Below are positions 56,134 through 64,000 of a stretch of 64,000 bases of DNA, piece after piece (position 1 is the stretch's first letter; each line of letters begins with the position of its first letter). Source of the stretch: an uncultured Victivallales bacterium. Its GTDB lineage: Bacteria; Verrucomicrobiota; Lentisphaeria; Victivallales; UBA1829. The notes below the pieces were generated by a model that did not search any database, was not told the origin of the DNA, and saw nothing but the letters and a program-made list of their open reading frames with translations. Made by a program: the position numbers and the translations under genes. Location: contig CALXSJ010000004.1 in NCBI GenBank assembly GCA_944391115.1, positions 101,957 through 165,956 on the forward strand. Reading direction: 5' to 3'.

Positions 56134-58011
56134 TTACTTCATGCTGGGCACAATGATGCCGCGCATGATGATCTTCTGGCAGAAAATGAACATCAGCAGA
56201 GTCGGGATCGACACCAGCGCAAGAGCCGCCATCACCAGAGCGGAGTTGGAGGCATTGTTCGCCTGGAATTCGTACATCCAGACCATGATCGTCCACATTT
56301 TGGGATCCTGACAGACAAGAAATGCCCACATGAATCCGCCGTATGCGCCATTGAAGGCCCCCAGCGCGATCACAGCCAGGATCGGCTTGGACATCGGGAG
56401 GGCGATCGAATAGAATTTGCTGAATTCCCCCGCCCCGTCAATATCCGCGGCCTCATAAAGTTCCGTCGGAATACTGTCGAAGAATCCTTTCAGCAGGAAA
56501 ATGGAATAGCCGCTTGCCATACCCGGAAGAATCAGGGCGAACAGCGTGTTCAGAAGGTTCAAGTCACGCATCAGAAGGAAGCCGGGAATCATGCCGACCT
56601 CCGCGGGGAATGCCATTGTCGCCAGAAAGAAGATCAGGAATTTGACCGAAATGGACTGCTTTCCGCGCGACAGCGCGTAGGCGGCGAGAGGATTGACCGT
56701 CAAGGCCGTGAAAATGGAGCAGATGATCAGCAGAAGCGTCACCCAGACCGCGCGGGATTTTCCTCCCAGATATCCCAGGACCTCCTTGTAATTCGCGAAA
56801 AAGAAGTTCTTCCGCAGCTCTTTTTTATCCCGTTCGAACAGATGATAATCCTCAAGCTTGACGGGAAGCTTGATTTCGGTAAAGGACGCACAGGGAATTC
56901 CCCACGCGGCGCTGAGTTTTTCCGGTGTTCCGTAACGCTTGCGCAGGAACTCGCGGAAACGCTCTTCGGGCCCCCTGACTTCAATCGCGGAGCCGGGCAG
57001 TCTGTTTTTCAGAAAATTTCCCCACAGAACTCTGGCGCCGGGATCGACGGGAACCGTGGTGAAAAAGGGCATGCGCTCCGCCTGTTCCGGCACCTTTTTT
57101 CTCAGATAGGCCCGCCACAGAGCCTCCGTCTCCGCATTCCGGTGCACATACAGCAGACGCAGCGGCAGATAGGTCTTGACGAAATTATCATAAATTTCCG
57201 TCAGTTTCCCTGTGCGGGCATAAGGAAGCTCAGAGAGAGTCTTGAAGTTGCCGCCGATGCTCTTGTTCAATCCCTGGACGGTGTTGAAGCGGAGAATCAG
57301 ATAACGGATATAGAACTCTCCGCTGGAAATCAGCGCCTTGTTTTCCGCAGGGATGGTTGCGACATATTCCATGTAATCATCATAATCGGGCCGTTTCGAG
57401 GGCAGCCAGGAACGTTCATACAACCGCCCGGGAACCGGAAGCACCGTGTTCAGCGTAGTGAAAGCCCGTGTCCATTTCCGGTTGATCCTGTCAATCAGTT
57501 CCTGTTCCGTGGATACCTCCTTGGAGTATTTCTCGCGCAGGAATTCGCGGAAAGGCGCCGGTTTGTCCGGATAAAGAGGCTCCATCTCCTGCGGGGGGAG
57601 AGATTTCTTGAAATCCCAGTAGTCACCCAGAATCTTCTGTGCGGCGCCTGGAGAATTCTGAGACAGTTTTTTCTCTTCCCCATAGAGAGTGTCCAGCAGA
57701 TGTTCCGTTCCCCGGAAATCGCTCCAGCCGTAATAGGTCTCCATGAGACCGTAACGCGCGGCAAAAGATGTGAAATTCGTCTTGCCGTACCGCTCGTAAA
57801 GGGTTTTCCCCAGCAAAGCGTCGTCGGAAAACAGATATTTCGGGATAAGCCGGAAATCATTGAAATCATATTCGGACGAAACCGCTCCCGCCAACATCAG
57901 CCAGAAGGGGTAAATCATCGTCACCGAACCGACAAGAAGCAGCGCATACATGGAAGCCACAAGAAGACGTGTCTTCCATCCGTGCCGGCTGACTTGCAGA
58001 ATAATCGCCAT
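56134..58011 (-). CDS. ABC sugar-transporter permease (MalG/CUT1-type) with ~350-aa extracytoplasmic insertion after TM1
   Basis: The C-terminal 270 aa form a typical permease with the EAA loop (ELYEAADIDGAGEFSKFYSIALPMSKP). N-terminal TM (LLVASMYALLLVGSVTMIYPFWLML) is followed by a long soluble region. Confidence 0.85.
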   Translation of the reverse strand: MAIILQVSRHGWKTRLLVASMYALLLVGSVTMIYPFWLMLAGAVSSEYDFNDFRLIPKYLFSDDALLGKTLYERYGKTNFTSFAARYGLMETYYGWSDFRGTEHLLDTLYGEEKKLSQNSPGAAQKILGDYWDFKKSLPPQEMEPLYPDKPAPFREFLREKYSKEVSTEQELIDRINRKWTRAFTTLNTVLPVPGRLYERSWLPSKRPDYDDYMEYVATIPAENKALISSGEFYIRYLILRFNTVQGLNKSIGGNFKTLSELPYARTGKLTEIYDNFVKTYLPLRLLYVHRNAETEALWRAYLRKKVPEQAERMPFFTTVPVDPGARVLWGNFLKNRLPGSAIEVRGPEERFREFLRKRYGTPEKLSAAWGIPCASFTEIKLPVKLEDYHLFERDKKELRKNFFFANYKEVLGYLGGKSRAVWVTLLLIICSIFTALTVNPLAAYALSRGKQSISVKFLIFFLATMAFPAEVGMIPGFLLMRDLNLLNTLFALILPGMASGYSIFLLKGFFDSIPTELYEAADIDGAGEFSKFYSIALPMSKPILAVIALGAFNGAYGGFMWAFLVCQDPKMWTIMVWMYEFQANNASNSALVMAALALVSIPTLLMFIFCQKIIMRGIIVPSMK

Positions 58012-58027
58012 ATGAAAAAATCTCCTT

Positions 58028-60688
58028 TCAATTTTCCTGAGCTTTGCGGAATTCCACCTTGGAAAGAATTCTGAGCTGCATCACGGTAAATCCGATCAGC
58101 ATCAGTCCCAGAACCCACGCCATTGCGGTCGCCATGCCGAACTTCAAATAAACAAAGGCGTTGAACCAGATGTCCAGTCCAATGACGCGCGTCGCATTGT
58201 AAGGACCGCCTCCCGTCATGACGAAGATGTTCTGCATGGCATGGAACGCGCCGATGAACACGCCTACGAAGTTGATGATAATCAACGGCTTGAGCATCGG
58301 AATCGTGATATACCGGATCTTGGCGAAGAATCCCGCTCCGTCAAGTTCAGCTGCTTCATACATGTCAGGCGGAATGCTCGTGAGAGCCGCCTGGTAGATC
58401 AGACTGCCGGAACCGGCCGCGGCCCATACACCGGGAATGATGATGCACAGCATCGCCAGGCGCGGATCGGAAAGATATTTGAAACCGAGCGTCTCTATTC
58501 CGAAAAAGGACGCCACTTTTATAATCAGAGTATTAAGCAGTCCGCTGGGAGAAGGATCATAGAACTCCTTCCACAGGAACATGATGACAAGCGCGCTTGT
58601 CACGGACGGGAGATAAAAGATGGTCCGGAAAAGAATCTTGAAACGGGGAATTTCCGTCAGCAGAAACGCAAGGAAAATCGGTGTGACAAATCCGATCAGA
58701 ATGGTCAGGCCGACATAATAGAATGTGCGCAGCATATTGAGATAGAAATCAATATTGCCGAACAGCATGATGAAGTTGTCCACCCCGACATACAGATGAT
58801 TCCCGCTGATCTTGTAATCCTGAAACGCCATGACCGAACCGCGCAGAAGAGGATAATACTGCCACAGCAGAACTGCACCGACGGCCGGCAACGCCAGAAT
58901 GAACAGCGAATAGGTCCTGACAAAGGATTTTCCAGGCGTAATCCCCGAAACGGAACGGACCTTCGGAGTCATGTTTTTGACGATGAAGAAGAGCCCGAAC
59001 AGGAACAGGACAAGAGAACAGAACACAAGTGTCCAGGCAAGAGGACGCCAGCGCTTCAGCTCGCCTTCCGTCCATCCTTCAAACTTCGCGTCCGCATCTT
59101 TCGCTCCTTCGGCCAGCAGCGCGTCGATGTCCGCATGCTCATCCTCGAAAATCCTGCCGGTGATATTCGGCGTGGTTTCCATCTGGACTTCCGACCAGCC
59201 GTTGTTGAACGGTTCCGTGTGAAACACGCTGATCTTGGATTCCACCTCCCTCCATGATTCCGGAAGAGCCTGATAAATGTCCATGTAGCCGGCGGCTTTC
59301 AGGAAATCCGGAGGCACCAGCTCGCCCTTGCCTCCGTCTACCAGAATGCTCGTGCGAAGACGTTCGCTCTCTTCAGAAAGGAAAAACTGAATCACATTCC
59401 ATGCCTCGCGCTCCTCTTCCGGAGTTCGGTTTTTCTTCCGGGAAATCGCCAGCATTCCGGGCTGACGGTTGGAACATGACGGAACGCCGGGCGCCGTCGG
59501 CATGGGGAAAAAGCCGAACTGCGCGGGCGCAAGCCCGTATTGTTCGATAATGCCGATGGTATAGCCACGATAGTGCAGGAACATGGCGGCGCGGCCTTCG
59601 GCAAGCAGACGCGTGATGTTGGTATCCTCTTCACTGCCGCTGTTGTTGACCAGAAGAACGCCGACATACACATTGCCTTCCGGACCCTCGCCGGTCAGTT
59701 CGAAACTTTTGCCGCTGTATGGCGAAACCGCCGTTCCGGAAGCCAGCATTTCCGGCGTCAGGTCAAACGGCTGCCCCGTGTCGGGATCCTTGGTCCATCT
59801 CTGCCAGCGGAGTTTATGGAAAAACCGCATGGCGGCGCGGCCCTGTTCACTGTTAAACGCGGCGCGCCAGCGCTCCTTGACTCCCCGCAGGTCGTCTCCG
59901 GTGACGGGATCGCGGTCGATGGTCTCCAGCATGGAAGCCTCGACGATATTGCCGGTTTTCGGATTGATCTTGTATTTCCGCACCAGTTCGCCGCCGGAAG
60001 ACCAGATCATCGGATTGAAGCCGAGAACGGAGCCCGGGGAAAGATAAAGTCCAGCCTGTCCGCGCTCTTTCCCCGGGACTTCGTTGGGTTTATAGGTAAG
60101 GCGCTGTGCCGTGCGGTAAAGATCATCCCAGTGTTTCGGACAATGATCCGGGTCAAGACCGGCCTGACGGAAAAGATCACGGCGGTAACTGACCACCTGA
60201 AGGCTTCCGCCGTAATACGGCAGCGCATAGATCGTATCGCCCTGCATGCAGGCGACTTTGAATTCTTTCGGGAAATGTTTCCAGGGTTCATAGGTGATCT
60301 CGTCGTCGGAGAGTTTTCCGTCGCCGTTCCGGTCCACGCCGATATACTGGTTCAGCGGCACCATCAGCCCCTGCTCCGAATATTTCATGCTTTCGTGAAA
60401 ATACATGCTCCATACATCGGCGGCGGTTCCCCCGATCACGGCCATGAGTTTCCCGGAACGCCATGCGGCTCCCGGAACGGAAAGACGCGTCCCCGCGCGG
60501 ATTTTCACATTCGGATGCCGCCGCATATATTCGTCAAAAGCGGCATTGTTGCTCTGCATGGAGAGCGAAAACGGATTTTCCGTATAAATATCGCATACCA
60601 CCGTTATTTTTTCCGCTCCCGCGCAAAGAAACGGAAACAGCAATGAAAACAGGGAAAAAACAGTCAATCTCATTCGGAAATTTTTCAT
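58028..60688 (-). CDS. Fusion protein: family-1 extracellular solute-binding domain plus MalF/UgpA-type ABC permease
   Basis: ATG at 60688 (MKNFRMRLTVFSLFSLLFPFLCAGA) overlaps the upstream stop (ATGA). The N-terminal ~560 aa are SBP-like (GGTAADVWSMYF). The C-terminal ~300 aa form a permease with EAA loop MYEAAELDGAGFFAKIRYITIPMLKP. Confidence 0.85.
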   Translation of the reverse strand: MKNFRMRLTVFSLFSLLFPFLCAGAEKITVVCDIYTENPFSLSMQSNNAAFDEYMRRHPNVKIRAGTRLSVPGAAWRSGKLMAVIGGTAADVWSMYFHESMKYSEQGLMVPLNQYIGVDRNGDGKLSDDEITYEPWKHFPKEFKVACMQGDTIYALPYYGGSLQVVSYRRDLFRQAGLDPDHCPKHWDDLYRTAQRLTYKPNEVPGKERGQAGLYLSPGSVLGFNPMIWSSGGELVRKYKINPKTGNIVEASMLETIDRDPVTGDDLRGVKERWRAAFNSEQGRAAMRFFHKLRWQRWTKDPDTGQPFDLTPEMLASGTAVSPYSGKSFELTGEGPEGNVYVGVLLVNNSGSEEDTNITRLLAEGRAAMFLHYRGYTIGIIEQYGLAPAQFGFFPMPTAPGVPSCSNRQPGMLAISRKKNRTPEEEREAWNVIQFFLSEESERLRTSILVDGGKGELVPPDFLKAAGYMDIYQALPESWREVESKISVFHTEPFNNGWSEVQMETTPNITGRIFEDEHADIDALLAEGAKDADAKFEGWTEGELKRWRPLAWTLVFCSLVLFLFGLFFIVKNMTPKVRSVSGITPGKSFVRTYSLFILALPAVGAVLLWQYYPLLRGSVMAFQDYKISGNHLYVGVDNFIMLFGNIDFYLNMLRTFYYVGLTILIGFVTPIFLAFLLTEIPRFKILFRTIFYLPSVTSALVIMFLWKEFYDPSPSGLLNTLIIKVASFFGIETLGFKYLSDPRLAMLCIIIPGVWAAAGSGSLIYQAALTSIPPDMYEAAELDGAGFFAKIRYITIPMLKPLIIINFVGVFIGAFHAMQNIFVMTGGGPYNATRVIGLDIWFNAFVYLKFGMATAMAWVLGLMLIGFTVMQLRILSKVEFRKAQEN

Positions 60689-61911
60689 GAAACGCATTCC
60701 TCCTTCCGCAGACAAAGCTCTCCGTGAAAGACATGATAATCCTCCAGGGAAACGGTCCGCGTCTCTTCCAGCCACGGAAAAATTCCGGCATTCAGAAGGC
60801 GTCCATCCTTCCATGCCGCCAAACACTCCTTATCAAAACCACGCAGTTTCCAGCGCTGCTCCTCGACACACCGCTCAACATACTGCCGCGGGACCTCCAT
60901 CACCGGAGAGGAATCGTGCGCGGCATTGACCACAAGGGTATGCAGCGCGGCAAGCTCCAGATCACAGCAGAAACCGCGTTCCTCCCCCCGGCAGGCGCTG
61001 AACAGGGCATCCAGCATACGGTCGCGAAGCTCCAGCCCTCCGGTATTTTCCTCCGTCCTGCATTCGCTCCCGAGGCGATAGACGGTCTTCCGGAAACTCC
61101 ATTCCACAGAACCGTGCTCTCCATCGATCGCAATCCGGAGATCGTTAAGCTGTTCCGGAGTATGCGATGTGTAGAAATACACGGGAACCCCATCCCGGGA
61201 CAACGCCAGAATGCAGCCGTTGTCCGAACATTCCAGAGCGGGATTGACACGGAACAGCTGCGCTCTGACACTCCGGAATACCGGCATTTTATCCGGAGGA
61301 GCGGTAAACAGCAGCGCAAGATGCAGGTAATGCGCAAAAGCATTGTTGTAGGGACTGTCCAGAATCCATTTTTCCTTCTTTCTGAGTTTTCCGGCCCATT
61401 GATTTCTCTGATAGTAGGAATCATTCCGGGAAGCCACACCGATTCCCCGAACTGCCTTGACAGCGCCGAATTCCGGGCTGTGGCAGAAGGCGCGTATTCG
61501 GGGGATCTGCTCCTGGCAGGAAATCTGAAATCCGACCCAGACGCGCCGGCCGGTTTCACGCTCCGCGCGCCGCATGGCAACGATTTCCTGCATGACCGCG
61601 GCCGGCGGTTTTTCAATGAAAGCGTTTGCCCCCGCACGCATTGCCTCTATCGCCATTTCCGCATGGAGGTCAATTCCCGTGGGAATGAAACAGAGATCCA
61701 GTTTTCCCCGCAGCGCGGAAAGCATCGCCGCGTGGGAATCGAAAATCCGGCAGCCGATGCTTTGCAGAAAGGCGCATTTCTCCGCCTCTTCCGCCTGATT
61801 GATCACAGTTGCGCCGAGAATCCGGATCTCACCGCGTTCCCTGCGCCGCAGCAGATCATCGTAATGCGTCCTGCCGTAACCGGATATCCCGGTAATTGCC
61901 ACATTCAACAT
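60685..61911 (-). CDS. Gfo/Idh/MocA-family oxidoreductase
   Basis: N-terminus NVAITGISGYGRTH and the EKP motif (AFIEKPPA). Confidence 0.8.
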   Translation of the reverse strand: MLNVAITGISGYGRTHYDDLLRRRERGEIRILGATVINQAEEAEKCAFLQSIGCRIFDSHAAMLSALRGKLDLCFIPTGIDLHAEMAIEAMRAGANAFIEKPPAAVMQEIVAMRRAERETGRRVWVGFQISCQEQIPRIRAFCHSPEFGAVKAVRGIGVASRNDSYYQRNQWAGKLRKKEKWILDSPYNNAFAHYLHLALLFTAPPDKMPVFRSVRAQLFRVNPALECSDNGCILALSRDGVPVYFYTSHTPEQLNDLRIAIDGEHGSVEWSFRKTVYRLGSECRTEENTGGLELRDRMLDALFSACRGEERGFCCDLELAALHTLVVNAAHDSSPVMEVPRQYVERCVEEQRWKLRGFDKECLAAWKDGRLLNAGIFPWLEETRTVSLEDYHVFHGELCLRKEECVS

Positions 61912-61925
61912 GTCTCAAACCCCGT

Positions 61926-64000
61926 TTATTCGCTGATATTGATTGTCCTGCTTGTCATCACCGTATAAGGATCATCCGGACCGAATTCCGTCAATGCAAG
62001 CCGCTGAACACCACTCTTGCCGAGAGGTTTTTCCAGCTTCAGCGTGGCATAGCCAAGTGTTTTTGCAGAACCTTTCCGGATTTTGGAACGGTCGGCGGAA
62101 AGGACCTTGTATGCTTTCCCGTCAACGACAAAATTGTCATTGGGGATGGCAGCATCTCCGCCGCCCGAAAGAATCGTCAGATCCTTTCGATTCGAGGCTG
62201 CGGAAACGATGGCAATGAGTTTCCGTGCGGAACGGTCCAGCTGGAGTTCCGTCCGGTTGTCCGCCAGCGGCCTGACGCCGGTGATCTTGTAGGAAGTCGT
62301 GCAGTTCTTATGCTGGACAAGCAGCATGTTTCCGACAGCCTCCTGCGGAATCCGTCCGGCCACCGTCACGGTTGCCGGCTTTTCATACTGCAGCCATTCC
62401 GAAAGACCGGTCGGCATGCCGGAAAGTTTTCCCCGGATGATGCAACCTCCGGCAATCTTTTTCCCGTTCACGGACAGCGACCGGAGACCGGTGGTCGTCA
62501 CCTTCAGGAGCTTCCCATTCCGGTCCAGACTCAGAAGGGCCGCGATTCCGTCAAATGCGATCTGTCCGGCGGACGTGTTCACGAACATTTTGCCCGTCGC
62601 ATCGGAAAGCAGCAGAATGTCTTTCCCGCTTCCATGCGTGACTTCCGCCGCGCCGGAGGCCGGAGACCCGGAAACGTTCAGACGTTTCATCTCCTTCAAA
62701 TCCAGCTTGTCTTTTTCATCCGCATATTCGAATGCCGCCATGAAACAGCTCTGCATCGTCTTTTCCGACGGTCCCTTTTCCCGGCGCCAGACGACTTTCC
62801 TCACCGTGCGGTCCAGTGGGTCCTTCGTCCGGCCCGTATAGCGGATCCCCGGCGCGTCGCCGGTGTAAAGCGTATTTTCGCCCTTCCCCTCCGGAACCAG
62901 AATGCCGCGCAGATATCTCTGCGCACCCTTGAAAGGAAGCGTCCACAGCAGTTCCGCGTTGCCGCTGAATTTTCCGGCATCGGGGTTTTTAATGAACGGA
63001 TATACCTCCTTTTTTTCCGCATTGGAGAACACTTTTGACAGATCGCCTTTTCCTGTCGCCGTCAGCTTCGGGGAAAGAACCTCAAGCTTCTCCAGAGGCT
63101 CCTTGAAGCGGGACTGAGCCTGCAGGAAGTAGTCATGACTCTTTTTCCCGCCGTCCACCTGATAGAAATCCACCAGATAGGGCGGCAGTCCCGGACGGGA
63201 ATTCACAAGAAACGCCGTCCGCCGGAGAACCGCGCCCGGATGGCTCCTGTCGGAGAAACCCTGCATCACCTTGAGATGATCCGTCACGCCCCATGCGCCG
63301 AAACCGCCGCGGGCGCGCTTATGGTTTTTCCCGTCCACCATGACCGTATTGTGCGCACCCGCCCCTCCTCTCCAGTATTGAATGGGAGCCTTCCGTTCAT
63401 TGGCCGGGTATTCCGTGGTGTTCAGCATCAGCATGCCGTCTCCCCAGTAAAGCAGGTTCAGCATGTCGTTATGGGAATGACCGTCTTGCAGATTGCCCCA
63501 GTTCATTGCGGCGGCGGTATTTTCATGACGGAGCGCGCCAATCCCCCATCCGTGATAGAGATCGCTTTCCTTCGGGGGCGTTTTGTTTGCCATTCTCGTC
63601 GGGGAATCTCCGAACGGAATGACCTCGCCGTTCTGAAACACCACTTCCCGATGTTTGTTTCTCGGAAGCTGAAGTTCCGGACGGTTCAGAAAACTGTATT
63701 CTTTCGGAAACGGCTGGTAGCCGCGCTTGACGGGATCATAGCCCGCAGGAGGCTGAAATCCCTCCAGATCGCGCAGGGTACGGGTGACTCCGAGCGCCAG
63801 CATTCCCTGGTACGCAACCGTCGGCTCATGCATCAGGCCGTCGGAATACCAGTAGGTCGAAACCAGATTCTCCAGGCCGTTCCGTCCCTGAACCGTCTCA
63901 TACACCAGATCCGTTCCGCTCAGAATCCGCGGATTGCCTTTTTTATCAGGCGTGTAATAGTCAACGATTCTGGCTTCCGGGAAGGTGCGTCCGGTATTGA
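61926..64000 (-). CDS. Heparinase II/III-like (polysaccharide lyase-type) protein; N-terminus beyond the window end
   Basis: Has DGHSHNDMLNLLYWGDGMLMLNTTEYP and GAGAHNTVMVDGKNH, typical of the heparinase II/III C-domain. The reading frame stays open upstream of the track start (GTG 63905) all the way to 64000 (NTGRTFPEARIVDYYTPDKKGNPRILSGTDL). Confidence 0.75.
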   Translation of the reverse strand, partial: NTGRTFPEARIVDYYTPDKKGNPRILSGTDLVYETVQGRNGLENLVSTYWYSDGLMHEPTVAYQGMLALGVTRTLRDLEGFQPPAGYDPVKRGYQPFPKEYSFLNRPELQLPRNKHREVVFQNGEVIPFGDSPTRMANKTPPKESDLYHGWGIGALRHENTAAAMNWGNLQDGHSHNDMLNLLYWGDGMLMLNTTEYPANERKAPIQYWRGGAGAHNTVMVDGKNHKRARGGFGAWGVTDHLKVMQGFSDRSHPGAVLRRTAFLVNSRPGLPPYLVDFYQVDGGKKSHDYFLQAQSRFKEPLEKLEVLSPKLTATGKGDLSKVFSNAEKKEVYPFIKNPDAGKFSGNAELLWTLPFKGAQRYLRGILVPEGKGENTLYTGDAPGIRYTGRTKDPLDRTVRKVVWRREKGPSEKTMQSCFMAAFEYADEKDKLDLKEMKRLNVSGSPASGAAEVTHGSGKDILLLSDATGKMFVNTSAGQIAFDGIAALLSLDRNGKLLKVTTTGLRSLSVNGKKIAGGCIIRGKLSGMPTGLSEWLQYEKPATVTVAGRIPQEAVGNMLLVQHKNCTTSYKITGVRPLADNRTELQLDRSARKLIAIVSAASNRKDLTILSGGGDAAIPNDNFVVDGKAYKVLSADRSKIRKGSAKTLGYATLKLEKPLGKSGVQRLALTEFGPDDPYTVMTSRTINISE

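Overview
This is a GC-rich, densely coding bacterial chromosomal segment. I call 47 protein-coding genes. I recognised no rRNA, tRNA, CRISPR array, transposase or integrase. The gene content includes LptD, a TolC/NodT-type lipoprotein, four Gfo/Idh/MocA oxidoreductases, three xylose-isomerase-like TIM-barrel proteins, an ECF sigma factor paired with a Ser/Thr kinase, many glycoside hydrolases, and an ABC transporter fused to its binding protein. This points to a diderm, glycan-degrading organism, possibly from the PVC superphylum or Lentisphaerota; that placement is inference only. Layout: (1) 1-13.8 kb, minus strand: lptD, an AraC regulator coupled to a membrane protein, then a very tight array gltX-def-membrane protein-CDC123/D123-like ATP-grasp-mcsA-mcsB-orphan histidine kinase-TIM barrel. 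(2) 13.9-24 kb: TolC-like lipoprotein, GntR-type regulator plus GH20, YdjY-like protein, a solitary N6-adenine DNA methyltransferase, a two-domain NDK-like protein, and an aminotransferase. (3) 24-30.6 kb: small membrane protein plus GAF/sigma-54 activator, a sharply AT-rich island, ECF sigma plus atypical Ser/Thr kinase, PPIase, ispE, an oxidoreductase and eda. (4) 31-40 kb: dnaK-groES-groEL, a DeoR-E1(alpha/beta fusion)-E2 operon, and csp. (5) 40-64 kb: carbohydrate loci with a Gfo/TIM pair, MFS, GH36 and GH31, then a long minus-strand operon of heparinase II/III-like, Gfo, SBP-permease fusion, giant permease, DUF4091-like, GH172 and a degenerate SGNH protein. The observations I rank highest are: the bacterial CDC123/D123 homolog directly upstream of mcsA/mcsB inside a translation-linked operon; a near-consensus sigma-54 (-24/-12) promoter with an upstream palindrome in front of dnaK; the ECF sigma paired with a kinase whose VAIK lysine is Arg; the tandem NDK-domain protein; and the AT-rich island with twin palindromes. 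All family assignments come from motif recognition by eye. No database search was run. Many long ORFs in the supplied track are antisense shadows and are rejected.
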